Shown: positions 44,433 to 54,120 of the stretch, piece by piece
Numbering within the stretch: the stretch's first letter is position 1
How the letters are laid out: every line of letters starts with the position of its first letter
Origin: an uncultured Pseudomonadota bacterium
GTDB lineage: Bacteria > Pseudomonadota > Alphaproteobacteria > JACZXZ01
Assembly (NCBI GenBank): GCA_963749075.1
Contig: CAVVLJ010000020.1
Location: 1-64,000, forward strand
Length of the DNA: 64,000 nt
Direction of reading: 5' to 3'
Made by a program: the position numbers and the translations under genes
The notes under the pieces: generated by a model
What the model was told of the DNA's origin: nothing
The model's database searches: none
What the model saw: only the letters and a program-made list of their open reading frames with translations

Positions 44433-46145
44433 ATGAGTTCGGCAGAGCTCCCGCCTTCCCCATCCCACTCGAGGGGAGAGGGGAGAGATGCCACGGCGGC
44501 CGATCCTCGGCCGCTCATCGCGCGCGCGCGCGAGCACCATCGCGCCGGGCGGATCGCCGCGGCGGAGGAGCTCTACAAGGAGGTTGCGCGAGGCTGGCCG
44601 GGTGCGGCCGAGGCGCGCCGTCTCCTCGGCGTCTTCTACGCCCGCACCGGGCGCGCAGAGCTCGCGCTCGAGGAGCTCGGCACAGCACAGCGCCTGGCGC
44701 CGGGCAATCCCGTCTATCTCAACGATCTGGGCCACGCCTATCTCGGGCTCGAGCGCCTCGGCGAGGCGGCCGAGGCCTACCGCCGGGCGATCGAGCTGCG
44801 CCCCGACTTCGCCGATGCGCACTACAATCTCGGCAACATCCAGCGACTTCTGGGCAGGCTCGATGAGGCGGTCGCGGCCTACCGGCGTGCCGTCGCCATC
44901 AATCCGGCAGCCCTCCCGGCTTACATCAACCTCGGCATCACGCTCCAGCAGCTCGCGGCTTTCGACGAGGCCGTAGAGGCGCTGCGCCAGGCCACGGCCA
45001 TCGACCCCCGCTCGTTCGACGCGCATTACAATCTCGCCGTCGTGCTCGCCACGCAGCGCCGTCTCGACGAAGCGATCGAGGCCTACCGCAACGCCCTCCT
45101 GATCAGGCCGGAGGCGGCCTCGGTTCACCTCAACATCGGCATGGCGCTCCAGGGCCAGGACAAGATCGATGAGGCGATCGTCTGCTTCGAGCGCGCCATT
45201 GCCCTTGATCCGGCTCTCGCCTTGGCGCACGTCAATCTCGGTGCCGTGCTTTACGAGATGGGCGACTTCCCGGCGGCGCTCGGCGCCATCCGCCGCGCCA
45301 TCGAGCTCGAGCCGCAAAACGCGCTCACCCACGTCAATCTCGCCCAGACGCTGCAGGCGCTGGGCGACCTGCCGGGCGCACTCGCGGCATTCCGCCGCGG
45401 GCTCGAGCTGGAGCCGGCACTCACCACCGCGAAGGCGCACTGGTCGATCGCCCTCCAGATGGCCGGCAAGTGGGACGAGGCGCTGTCCCTGGTCGACTAT
45501 CCGGCTCTCCTGAGGACGCGGCGGCTCGAGGCGGTGGAGGGTTGGCCGACGGTTGCCGCCTTCAATGCCGACCTCGCGCGCTACATCTGCCGCCATCCGA
45601 CCCTCATGCGCAACCCGCCGGAGAGGGCCACCCAGAACGGCAGCCAGACCTTGGAAATCCTCAATTGCGACGACCCGGAGGTGGTCGGCTTGCAGCGCTT
45701 CATCGAGGAGTCCGTGCGCGAATACATCGCGACGGTGTTGGCGCCGGGCACGCACCCCTTCGCCCCGCCGCCGCCCGCGGCCTGGCGGCTCCAAGGCTGG
45801 GCCGTCGTGCTGCCCGAGAGCGGCTATCAGACGCCGCACTTCCACCGCGAAGGGGTGGCGAGCGGCGTCTATTACGTGCAGATACCCGAGGTCGTGAAGA
45901 CCGGCCAGACGGGTCAGGCCGGCTACATCAAATTCGGCCCGCCCATCGACGGCACGCCGGGTGCGAGGTCCGAGGATACGCCGCTCAGCAAGGTGATCCG
46001 GCCCGAGGAGGGCATGATCGTCCTCTTCCCCGCCTATTTCTGGCACTACACCATCCCCTTCGAGAGCCGCGAGGAGCGCATCTGCGTCGCCTTCGACGTG
46101 ATCGCCGAGCCGCCGCCCGAGGCGAGGCTCCGCCGCCGCGCCTGA
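44433..46145 (+). CDS. TPR-repeat protein with a C-terminal putative 2OG-Fe(II) oxygenase domain
   Basis: About 9 TPRs (AHYNLGN...); WAVVL..SGYQTPHFH..G..SGVYYVQIP, LFPAYFWHYT.PF, RICVAFD. Confidence 0.87.
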   Translation: MSSAELPPSPSHSRGEGRDATAADPRPLIARAREHHRAGRIAAAEELYKEVARGWPGAAEARRLLGVFYARTGRAELALEELGTAQRLAPGNPVYLNDLGHAYLGLERLGEAAEAYRRAIELRPDFADAHYNLGNIQRLLGRLDEAVAAYRRAVAINPAALPAYINLGITLQQLAAFDEAVEALRQATAIDPRSFDAHYNLAVVLATQRRLDEAIEAYRNALLIRPEAASVHLNIGMALQGQDKIDEAIVCFERAIALDPALALAHVNLGAVLYEMGDFPAALGAIRRAIELEPQNALTHVNLAQTLQALGDLPGALAAFRRGLELEPALTTAKAHWSIALQMAGKWDEALSLVDYPALLRTRRLEAVEGWPTVAAFNADLARYICRHPTLMRNPPERATQNGSQTLEILNCDDPEVVGLQRFIEESVREYIATVLAPGTHPFAPPPPAAWRLQGWAVVLPESGYQTPHFHREGVASGVYYVQIPEVVKTGQTGQAGYIKFGPPIDGTPGARSEDTPLSKVIRPEEGMIVLFPAYFWHYTIPFESREERICVAFDVIAEPPPEARLRRRA

Positions 46146-46342
46146 GCGGGCCACATGTAAAGCATCTCGAGGGGAAGCTGTGGGAATTGCGGCTGACGGG
46201 CCGCGACGGAATAGCCCGGGCACTTTACCTCACCGCGGTCGGCCGCCGGGTCGTCGTGGTCAGGGCTTTCGTGAAGAAGACGCAAAAGACGCCGCGCAGC
46301 GAGATCGAGCTTGCGCTGCGCCGGGCACAGGAAATCGCATGA
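46146..46342 (+). pseudogene. 5'-truncated HigB/RelE-like (Gp49 type) toxin
   Basis: PHVKHLEGKLWELRL.GRDGIARALY...VVVRAFVKKTQKTP..EIELA; the N-terminal part and start codon are missing and the remnant abuts the TPR gene stop. Confidence 0.8.
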
Positions 46343-46620
46343 CCATACCATTCGAGAAACTCAAGGCTCGTCTGCTGGCCAACCTCAAGGTCAAGGCCGA
46401 ATATGACGCGCTCGCCCCGGAGTTCGAGATTTCCGCCGAACTGCTCAAGGCTCGCCTGCGCGCCGGGCTGTCCCAGGCTGAACTAGCCGCCCGCATGGGG
46501 ACCAGCCAGTCCGCCGTCGCCCGGCTCGAAAGCGGGCAGACGCTGCCCAGCGCCAAGACGCTGCTGCGCTATGCCCGGGCGACCGGCAGCAAGTTTCACT
46601 TGCGGCTATCGGCGGCTTGA
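46339..46620 (+). CDS. HigA-like XRE HTH antitoxin
   Basis: EYDALAPEF...ARLRAGLSQAELAARMGTSQSAVARLESG; ATGA overlap with the toxin remnant. Confidence 0.88.
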   Translation: MTIPFEKLKARLLANLKVKAEYDALAPEFEISAELLKARLRAGLSQAELAARMGTSQSAVARLESGQTLPSAKTLLRYARATGSKFHLRLSAA

Positions 46621-46804
46621 TGCGCTGATTGCGCAAGCGAGGCGGTGCGGTGGAGTACGCGGCCGCCTGCGATATCCCGAATTGGCCCGCAGTTGGTTCT
46701 ATGATGGTTGCGGGGGCGTGTATTGGCCGCGAGCGACATTCGCCAAAGGTGCGAGTTTGAAGGCGCCAATTCGGGGATCGCCGAGCCCCTGCTTGAAATT
46801 CGAC

Positions 46805-46837
46805 CAGAATATTCATATTCTGATCTGTCAGGACAGA
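46805..46837. promoter_or_regulatory. Two palindromic operators, probable TA autoregulation sites
   Basis: CAGAATAT-tc-ATATTCTG (46805-46822) and TCTGTC-ag-GACAGA (46824-46837), just upstream of the antitoxin RBS. Confidence 0.6.
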
Positions 46838-46848
46838 AGGTAATTTCC

Positions 46849-47094
46849 ATGGCAACTTGGCAAGTCCAGGAGGCAAAGACGCGGCTCAGCGAGGTGATCG
46901 AGCGTGCCCGTAAGGAGGGGCCGCAGACGATCACCCGTCACGGCGCCGAGCGCGCGGTCGTGCTTTCGATCGAGGACTATCGCGCCTTGGCAGCGCACAA
47001 GCCGGACTTCAAGGCGCATTTGCTCGGCGGTCCCAAGGTCGACGACTTTGCCGTCGAGCGCGCGCGCGATACCGGCCGTACCGTTGAGCTTTAA
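46849..47094 (+). CDS. Phd/YefM family antitoxin
   Basis: WQVQEAKTRLSEVIERA..EGPQTITRHG..AVVLS. Confidence 0.9.
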   Translation: MATWQVQEAKTRLSEVIERARKEGPQTITRHGAERAVVLSIEDYRALAAHKPDFKAHLLGGPKVDDFAVERARDTGRTVEL

Positions 47095-47096
47095 GC

Positions 47097-47516
47097 GTGG
47101 CGGCGGGCTATCTTCTCGACACCAACGTCATCTCGGAGACGCGCAAAACCCGGCCCGATCCCGGCGTGATGGCCTTTCTCTCGGCGGCCGATGCGGCTGG
47201 ATTGTTCCTCAGCGTGCTGACCCTGGGAGAGTTGCGTCAGGTCATCGAAGCCAAGCGCCGAACCGATCCCGTTGCCGCCGATCGGCTTGGCGCATGGCTG
47301 GACGGCATCGAGACGACCTTCGCCGATCACGTGCTTCCTGTCGATAGCGCGGCAGCGCGACGTTGGGGCGAGCTGCCGGCCGGCCGGAGCCTCCCGGTGA
47401 TCGATACGCTGGTTGCGGCTACTGCGATTTGCCATGGCCTCACGTTGGTCACGCGCGATACCCGCGACCTCGGGTCGACGGGCGTTCCGCTCGTCGACCC
47501 CTGGCAGGTTCGCTGA
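47097..47516 (+). CDS. vapC: VapC PIN-domain toxin
   Basis: YLLDTNVISE, LSVLTLGE, DTLVAATA..HGLTLVTRD..D. Confidence 0.9.
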   Translation: MAAGYLLDTNVISETRKTRPDPGVMAFLSAADAAGLFLSVLTLGELRQVIEAKRRTDPVAADRLGAWLDGIETTFADHVLPVDSAAARRWGELPAGRSLPVIDTLVAATAICHGLTLVTRDTRDLGSTGVPLVDPWQVR

Positions 47517-47522
47517 GGAAGG

Positions 47523-48818
47523 CTAGCGAGGCACGTGCTTCCCCGACGCCCGGCGCATGATGCGACGGAGCATAGGCCAGACGACGATGACGGCGGCGGT
47601 CAGCTCGAGGGTGAGGCAAGCCGCGAGCGCCGTCGAGTAGTCGCCCTGCGCCCGCCGCAGATAACCGAGCAATGCGGGTCCGAAGGCGAACTGATTGATG
47701 GCGACCATCAGGCTGACCACCCGCGAGAAATGCTGCCTGGGGAACTCTTGCTGCACGATGAGCCCAGGGAGCGAGACCAGATTGCCGACGCCGAGGCCGA
47801 AGAGAGCGCAGCCGAGATAGAGCGCCGTCGCCGATGCATTCGACATCAAGAGCGCCATCCCGGCGATCTGGACGAGGAAGGTGCCGCATGCGGCTGCCCT
47901 GCGGTCGACCTTGTCGATGAAGAGGCCCGTGCCGATGCGGCCCGCCAGCGCCGAGAACGTCGTGAGACTGACCGCCCATCCGGCGCCGACGACGCCCAGG
48001 ATGGCAGAGAGGTAGGCGACCTGGTGCGTGAGGAAGCCGACCTGGGCCATGAGGCCGAGCGCGAACGGGATCGATATCGTATGGAAATGCCTGCTGCCGA
48101 GAGCCGTCGATAGCTTCCAAGGCGCTCCCTCCGCGCGAGGTGCCTTGTCCGGCGCTTGCGGCCGCGCCGCGTCGGGGCTGCCGTCCGCACGGTCGCGCTC
48201 GTGGGGGAGCTTCTGCCGAAAGACCAACGCCGCCGTCGGTAGCACGACGGCGAGCATCAGAGCGGCGGCACAAGCGAGGGCCGCGGTGAAACCGAGGCTG
48301 CGGATGAGAAAGATCAGAAGCGGTGCGATGACGATACCGCCCGCGCTGGCGCCGTTGAGCGCCAGGCTGATCGCGAGGCCGCGCCGCCGGTCGAACCAGG
48401 GCGCCACGATGATGTTGATGGCAGCGCCGCTCATCGCCGCCCAGCCCAACGACATGACCGCGAAGGCCCCGTAGATTTGCCAGGGATGGGCGACGCGCGC
48501 GAGGAGCACGACGCCGCCGGCCATCGCGGCAGCACCTGCGGCGACGACCTGGCGCGCGCCAAGGCGCTCGAAGATGCCGCCGGCAAAGAACACCAGCGTG
48601 GCGCCGAGAAGGTAATAGACCGTGATGGCGGAGGAGATCTCGGCGGCCAACCAGCCGCGGCGCGCTTGCAGTTCCACGAGATAGATGCCGGGACCGTAGA
48701 AGCCGATGCCCCAGCCGAAGAGGGCGATGACGAACGCCGCCCACACCACGAGCCAGCCGTGATTGACGCCGGGCCGGGTGGCGGAGGGGATGGTCTCGGC
48801 CGTGCAGCGGGTTTCCAT
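47523..48818 (-). CDS. MFS transporter
   Basis: About 12 TMs, WFDRRRGLAISLALNGASAGG, GLFIDKVDRR. Confidence 0.88.
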   Translation of the reverse strand: METRCTAETIPSATRPGVNHGWLVVWAAFVIALFGWGIGFYGPGIYLVELQARRGWLAAEISSAITVYYLLGATLVFFAGGIFERLGARQVVAAGAAAMAGGVVLLARVAHPWQIYGAFAVMSLGWAAMSGAAINIIVAPWFDRRRGLAISLALNGASAGGIVIAPLLIFLIRSLGFTAALACAAALMLAVVLPTAALVFRQKLPHERDRADGSPDAARPQAPDKAPRAEGAPWKLSTALGSRHFHTISIPFALGLMAQVGFLTHQVAYLSAILGVVGAGWAVSLTTFSALAGRIGTGLFIDKVDRRAAACGTFLVQIAGMALLMSNASATALYLGCALFGLGVGNLVSLPGLIVQQEFPRQHFSRVVSLMVAINQFAFGPALLGYLRRAQGDYSTALAACLTLELTAAVIVVWPMLRRIMRRASGKHVPR

Positions 48819-48897
48819 GCGCCGGAGCTTGATCGAAGCGCCGCCCGGTTGCTCGCCGTTTTCGGACGCGGTCCCCTGACCGGGTGCTATCCGATCC

Positions 48898-49476
48898 TCA
48901 CGCGCGCTCCTCCAGCCGGCGCACGATCTCGCGGGCGATCTCGGCCGGCCGGCCGCGGACGTCGACGGTGATCGGACGCTCGTCGGGCGTGGGCTCCTCC
49001 AGGGCGGCGAGCTGGCTCTCGAGCAGTGCTGCCGGCATGAAGTGCTCGTGCCGCCCCTCCAGGCGCCGGCGGATGAGGTCGTGCGATCCCTTGAGGAAGA
49101 CCAGCGCCACGTCCGGGCGGGGGCCTACGATGACGTCCCGGTAGGCTCGCTTCAGCGCCGAGCAGGTGATCACGCCGGGTTCTTTCCGCGCGCGCCAGCC
49201 GTCGATCTCCTCCGCGATGCTGCGCAGCCAGGGCATGCGGTCGGCATCCGTCAGGGGCGTGCCGCCCTGCATCTTCGCCACGTTCTCGCGCGGGTGCAGA
49301 TCGTCGCCCTCGCGGAACCGGCAGCCGAGGGTGGCGGCGAGCAGTGCCGAGACCGTGGTCTTGCCGGATCCGGAGACGCCCATGACCACGGCGATCACGG
49401 GCTTGGAGATCCTGTGCGCGAGTGCCGCGGACCGGAGCCGCTGAGGTGGGCGATCGCTGTCCATCATGCGTTCCAC
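48898..49476 (-). CDS. gntK: Gluconokinase
   Basis: VMGVSGSGKTT, EGDDLHP..NV.KM..G.PLTDADR.PWL, CSALKRAYR, HFMPA.LLESQLAALE. Confidence 0.92.
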   Translation of the reverse strand: MERMMDSDRPPQRLRSAALAHRISKPVIAVVMGVSGSGKTTVSALLAATLGCRFREGDDLHPRENVAKMQGGTPLTDADRMPWLRSIAEEIDGWRARKEPGVITCSALKRAYRDVIVGPRPDVALVFLKGSHDLIRRRLEGRHEHFMPAALLESQLAALEEPTPDERPITVDVRGRPAEIAREIVRRLEERA

Positions 49477-49611
49477 CCTGACCTACGCTGGCGGCGGCCC
49501 GGACGCAATATCGTCGTGCTCCCGCTATGGGGTTCATGGGGGGACCATTCAGGATGGGCTCAAGGTCCTCGATCCTGGAGCGGCGCCAGAAGTCGAGCAG
49601 GGCACGCACCT

Positions 49612-50802
49612 CTAGCGGGCTTGGCGCGGCTGGAGCAGCATCCGCCCGTAGCACAGCGTGAAGACCCCGAAGGCGGCCATCCAAAGACTTGCCGAGGCGA
49701 TAAGAAGCGGCATGCTCCAACCCGCACCGAATGCAGCCGCGACACGCGCGATCGCCGCGAGGGTGACGAGGATGTAGATCAGGTTGGTGGCGCGATCCGC
49801 CGACAGATCGCGTCCGGTGTGGCCGCGCGTGGCACGCGTCATCACCGCCAGTATCATGGTACCTACTGCACCCGCCGCGAGGGCGTGGACGGCAGCGCTT
49901 TGCGGGAGATCGGCATCGAGCACGGCCAGACCGAGCAGGGCCGCAGCCAGCACCAGCCAGGCATAGCCGACATGGAGAACCAGGAGCAGCGGCTCCGCAG
50001 CCGTGGCTCGGCCGCGCCAGCGCAGCAGGCGCCAGAGGTTGAGCCCCGCAGCGAGCAACAGGAGCACGCCGACCGCGCGAGAAGCCGGCAAGAACGCCCA
50101 GCCGAACAGGCCGGCATGAAGGACGCCGAGAGCGGCGCGGTCGATCCGGCCGTGAGCGGCGGGGAGATCGGAGCCCGGGCGCTTCGCCAGCCAGTTCCGC
50201 GTGAAGCTCGGCACGATGCGGCCCGCCACCACGGATATCAGCACGATGACGGCGGCGAGCCCGAGACGCCACCCGAGCCCGTCGGGCACCGCTTTGCCAT
50301 CGGCCTCCAGGTGCATCAGAAGATTGGCGATGCCGAGAACGGCGACCGGCGCCACCACCGGCAGGCTGCGCCAGTTCCGCCCGGCAGCGACCTCTCTCAC
50401 GACGACGCCGGCCAGAGCGAGCGGAAAAGACAGGTCCGCCACGACCGCGAGCGGGAACGGGACGAGCGCCGAGACGAGACAGGCAATCCGGCCCAGCAGC
50501 CATAGCGCGGCCAGCGCGGCCAATGGCCCGCCGCTGACCGGAAGCCGCTGGGTCCAGTTCGGGACCGCGGTGAGCAGGAAGCCCGCGACGGCGGCCATCA
50601 CGAAGCCGAAGAGCATCTCGTGGATATGCCAGGCAAGCGGATCGAACCGGCTTGGCAAGGCCATGCCCGTCGCGAACATGACGATCCAGAGCGCCAGCGC
50701 CGCCGTCGACCACAGTCCGGCCGCGAGAAAGAACGGCCGGAAGCCCTGGGTCAGGAAGGCCGGCGCCGGACGGCTCGCCAGGCGTTCGGAATCAATGCTC
50801 AC
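49612..50802 (-). CDS. nnrS: NnrS family heme-copper membrane protein
   Basis: GFRPFFL, WHIHEMLFGF, GFLLTAVPNWT, GRIVPSFTRNWL, MTRATRGHTGR; GTGA overlap with the qNor stop. Confidence 0.93.
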   Translation of the reverse strand: MSIDSERLASRPAPAFLTQGFRPFFLAAGLWSTAALALWIVMFATGMALPSRFDPLAWHIHEMLFGFVMAAVAGFLLTAVPNWTQRLPVSGGPLAALAALWLLGRIACLVSALVPFPLAVVADLSFPLALAGVVVREVAAGRNWRSLPVVAPVAVLGIANLLMHLEADGKAVPDGLGWRLGLAAVIVLISVVAGRIVPSFTRNWLAKRPGSDLPAAHGRIDRAALGVLHAGLFGWAFLPASRAVGVLLLLAAGLNLWRLLRWRGRATAAEPLLLVLHVGYAWLVLAAALLGLAVLDADLPQSAAVHALAAGAVGTMILAVMTRATRGHTGRDLSADRATNLIYILVTLAAIARVAAAFGAGWSMPLLIASASLWMAAFGVFTLCYGRMLLQPRQAR

Positions 50803-53135
50803 GGCGCGCCGCCTAAGGCCTCCTGCACGACGCGAGAGCCCGGAAGGAGCCGCACGACGAAGCGCGGGAACAATGGCTGGAGCTTGACGATGAAATCCCA
50901 CGCCATCAGCAAGGCACCGAGCGCGAAGACGATGTCGCCGGGCATCCGCATCCACTGCCAGAACAGCGTCGTGTCGTAGAAGGCACTGCTCCGCGCATAG
51001 GCGAGCCCATGCTCGTAAACGGCATCGAGTTGCGGCCAGCCGATCGGAAAGAAGTTGAAGACGATCCAGAGAACCAGGCCGCCGTTGTAGAGCCAGAAGG
51101 CCCACCGGCCAAGCCGCTCCCCGAACGGGTGGCGGTCGGCCGCCACGTAACGCAGGCAGAAATAGATCAGCCCGATGCCGAGGAGACCGAAGGCCCCGAA
51201 CAACGCGGTATGCGCGTGATTCAACGTGAGGAAAGTGCCGTGCTCATAGTAGTTGACCAGCGGGGCGTTGAGCGTGCCGCCGCCGAAGACGCCGGCCCCG
51301 ACGAAGTTCCAGAACGCGGCACCGATGATGTAGCTGTAAGCGAGCCCGTATTTGAACTCGCCGTGCCTCTTGATCAGGCGGTGATGCTGGATCGCCTCGA
51401 TGATCAGCAGCACGAGGGGCAGCACCTCGATGAAGGAGAACATGGTGCCGAGCGGCACCCATAGGCCCGGCTCGCCGGCCCAATAGAGATGATGCCCGGT
51501 GCCGAGCACGCCGCCGAGGAAGATCAGGATCAGCTCGAGATACACGGACCGCTCGGCGAGCTGGCGCGAGACGAGACCGACCGCCATCAAGAGATAGGCG
51601 CTGATCGCCGCGGCGAAGAACTCGAAGGACTGCTCGACCCAGAGATGGACGACCCACCAGCGCCAGAAGTCCGAGATCGTGAAGGACTTCTCGATGCCGG
51701 TGAGCGGGATCATGCCGAAGACGTAGAGCAGCGCGATATTGACGGTGGATGCCCAAAGCAGGTGTTCGAGCCTGATCCGCCCGGTCCAGAATTGCCGCGT
51801 CGCCGCCGCCAGCTTCGCGCGGGTCGGCCAGAGCGCGCGAAAGACGAGCAGGGTCCAGATGACGAGACCGGCGAAGAAACCGATCTGCCAGGCGCGGCCG
51901 AGCTGGATGTAGGACAGACCCTGATTGCCGACCCAGAACCAGCCTTCATGGATATAGCCCATGATGCCGAGATAATTGCCGGCGAGCGCGCCCACGACGA
52001 TGATGAGCGTCACCCAGAACAAGAGATCGACGAGAAAGCCCTGCCCCCTGGGCTCGCCGCCGCTGATCGCGGGGGCGAGAAAGAGGGCCGCACCGATCCA
52101 CGAAAGGCCGATCCAGACGATCGGCGTCTGGATATGAACGTCGCGCAGGAAATTGAACGGCAGGAAGCGGTCGACCTCGAGCCCGTAGAAGCTCGTCCGG
52201 TCGGTATAATAGTGCGCCATGAGCGAGCCGACGAGGATTTGCAGGAGGAGAACTCCCGCCACGACGAGGAAGTATTTTCCGATCCGCCGCTGGCTCGCGG
52301 TCAAAGGCCCGAACCTCGCCAGCACGGGGTCCATCGGCGCCTGGTCGGGATCGTTCAGATAACGCTCGTAGACGTACAGCACCGCGCCGAAGGCGAAGAA
52401 GGTGAAGCAGAAGCTGATCCAGGTCCATCGGAAGGTGCTGGTGGTGGGCGAATTGCCGACCAGCGGCTCGAAAGGCCAGTTCTGCGTCCAGGACGCGGTC
52501 GTCCCCGGCCGCCGTGCGACGGTCGTCAGCGATGAATAGATCAGGAAGTCGGCGGTCTCTGCGGCGCTCTGCTCGTCGAGGCTGTAAGCCTGGGTCCAGC
52601 CCTTGGAAAAGTCGTGACGGAGGAGCGACTGCGCGATCTCGCCGCGCAGCCTCGTGATCGCGGCTGCCACGGCCTCGGGAACGTTCGCGACCTGCTTGCT
52701 GAGATCGATGCCTTGGAGCTCGACCTGCATCGCCGCCTTGACCGACGCTTGCTCCTCCGCGGTCAAATCCGGCAACGCCTTGCCGGTCTTCGTCTTGGCG
52801 ATCTCGTCTTCGGTCAGCGTGGCGAGCCGGACCAGGTTGGCGGCCGTATAGTCCTCGCCGAAATAAGACCCCATGCCATAGAGGCTGCCGTAATCCATCA
52901 GATCGGCCTTCTGGAAGCCTGCCTTGCCCGCCGCGATGTCGGCGGCGGACATGAGGAGCGTGCCGTCCGGGGAAACGAAGCGATCCGGAAAGGGCGGCGC
53001 CGCCTTGTAGGTCAGCCCGGTCGTCCAGCCCAAGATGGCGAACGTCACGACGGCAACGGCCAGCAGGATCCATTTGAGCACGTTGCTGACGGGGTCCTCG
53101 GCGGTCCGATCAGCAGCATCCGAGCGCATCGCCAT
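50799..53135 (-). CDS. norB: Quinol-dependent nitric oxide reductase (qNor)
   Basis: Single ~780-aa subunit; DYGSLYGMGSYFGEDYTA, NWPFEPLVGN, WRWWVVHLWVE, GTGHHLYW, IEVLPL, HAHTALFG, RMPGD. Confidence 0.92.
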   Translation of the reverse strand: MAMRSDAADRTAEDPVSNVLKWILLAVAVVTFAILGWTTGLTYKAAPPFPDRFVSPDGTLLMSAADIAAGKAGFQKADLMDYGSLYGMGSYFGEDYTAANLVRLATLTEDEIAKTKTGKALPDLTAEEQASVKAAMQVELQGIDLSKQVANVPEAVAAAITRLRGEIAQSLLRHDFSKGWTQAYSLDEQSAAETADFLIYSSLTTVARRPGTTASWTQNWPFEPLVGNSPTTSTFRWTWISFCFTFFAFGAVLYVYERYLNDPDQAPMDPVLARFGPLTASQRRIGKYFLVVAGVLLLQILVGSLMAHYYTDRTSFYGLEVDRFLPFNFLRDVHIQTPIVWIGLSWIGAALFLAPAISGGEPRGQGFLVDLLFWVTLIIVVGALAGNYLGIMGYIHEGWFWVGNQGLSYIQLGRAWQIGFFAGLVIWTLLVFRALWPTRAKLAAATRQFWTGRIRLEHLLWASTVNIALLYVFGMIPLTGIEKSFTISDFWRWWVVHLWVEQSFEFFAAAISAYLLMAVGLVSRQLAERSVYLELILIFLGGVLGTGHHLYWAGEPGLWVPLGTMFSFIEVLPLVLLIIEAIQHHRLIKRHGEFKYGLAYSYIIGAAFWNFVGAGVFGGGTLNAPLVNYYEHGTFLTLNHAHTALFGAFGLLGIGLIYFCLRYVAADRHPFGERLGRWAFWLYNGGLVLWIVFNFFPIGWPQLDAVYEHGLAYARSSAFYDTTLFWQWMRMPGDIVFALGALLMAWDFIVKLQPLFPRFVVRLLPGSRVVQEALGGAP

Positions 53136-53257
53136 GCCTCAATCCCTCCCGGCTCGAGTATTGCTGCGCGCTTTCCGGCCGCCGCGCCTGAAACGACCCG
53201 CTTCGGCCGGCATCCGCCATCCGGCCGGCACGGTGCTCGACGTGAGTACCCTATTCA

Positions 53258-53271
53258 TTGATCTGAATCAA
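53258..53271. promoter_or_regulatory. FNR-type box
   Basis: Perfect TTGAT-CTGA-ATCAA in the divergent qNor/regulator intergenic region. Confidence 0.85.
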
Positions 53272-53278
53272 TGATATG

Positions 53279-53294
53279 TGTGATTGAGATCACA
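53279..53294. promoter_or_regulatory. CRP-type box
   Basis: Perfect TGTGA-TTGAGA-TCACA, centred 22 bp from the FNR box. Confidence 0.7.
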
Positions 53295-53352
53295 TTGATC
53301 TCGGGGCGATCGTCATGCAACGTGCCCCGGTGACGCGAAGCCTTCGAACGCC

Positions 53353-54120
53353 ATGACAGGACCGGCACCCGAACTGGAAGCTCTGCCTTTGTTCAGGGCG
53401 CTCCCGGCGTCGAGCCGCGCGGAATTGGTGCAGAATTCCGTCCTGCATGCGGTGGCGGCCGGCACGGTGCTCTTCGAACAGGGCGAGCTGCCGACGTTCC
53501 AGCATGTCGTCCTGGCCGGTTCGGCGCATCTTGTCGGCCGATCGATGACGGGACGCGAAGTGCTGATCGAGGTGGTCGAGCCGCCGGATCTCGTCATCCC
53601 GGCCGCGGTCGTCACCGGATCGCCCTATCTCATGCGGGCGCGCGTTCCCGAGCCGTCGCGGCTGCTCCTGATCCACGCGGGCACCTTCCGCAGCACCGTG
53701 CTGCGAGAGCCGCTCTTGGCACAGGAAGTGATCGGCAGCCTCGCCGGGCAGTTCCGACGCCTGGTTCGGCAGATCAAGAACCTGAAGCTCCGCACGGCCA
53801 CAGAGCGTGTCGGATGCTATCTCCTCGTCCTCTCCAGGCGGCAGGGCACGCCGCAGCGCGCCATTCTGCCCTACGAGAAGAACCTGATCGCATCGGAACT
53901 CGGCATAACGCGCGAGAGCTTTTCGCGCGCCCTGTCCGCGCTCCAGGCGGAGGGCGTCGTGGTCCAGGGCGAGATCATCACGATCCTGAACGCGAAACGG
54001 CTCGCGGCGGCTTGCGGACTCGACCCGTTGATCGACGGTCCGGACGGCCCGTTGCAGGCGCAAGAGGGCGAGCGGGAGCGGCCGCCCGGGAAAACGCGAT
54101 CGCGGAGATTCCATGGCTGA
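53353..54120 (+). CDS. Crp/Fnr family transcriptional regulator (FtrB/Dnr-like)
   Basis: cNMP-binding fold, IKNLKLRTATERVG, HTH IASELGITRESFSRAL; lacks the FNR Cys cluster. Confidence 0.9.
   Translation: MTGPAPELEALPLFRALPASSRAELVQNSVLHAVAAGTVLFEQGELPTFQHVVLAGSAHLVGRSMTGREVLIEVVEPPDLVIPAAVVTGSPYLMRARVPEPSRLLLIHAGTFRSTVLREPLLAQEVIGSLAGQFRRLVRQIKNLKLRTATERVGCYLLVLSRRQGTPQRAILPYEKNLIASELGITRESFSRALSALQAEGVVVQGEIITILNAKRLAAACGLDPLIDGPDGPLQAQEGERERPPGKTRSRRFHG

Noticed and set aside
41802-46145. Caspase plus TPR protein as an anti-phage (gasdermin, CARD or Avs-type) system
   Set aside because: The caspase appears exported, the genes are divergent and separated by a VOC gene, and no gasdermin, NLR or cyclase partner is visible.
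46660-46715. Minus-strand ATIIEPTAGQFGIS resembling the cysteine synthase TIIEPTSGNTGI motif
   Set aside because: Too short, with no flanking similarity or start codon; at most a tiny relic.
50799-53135. NO dismutase (Nod) interpretation of the qNor-like gene
   Set aside because: The HH ligands, catalytic Glu residues and quinol-site His/Asp (AHYY, PGD) appear intact, unlike Nod.
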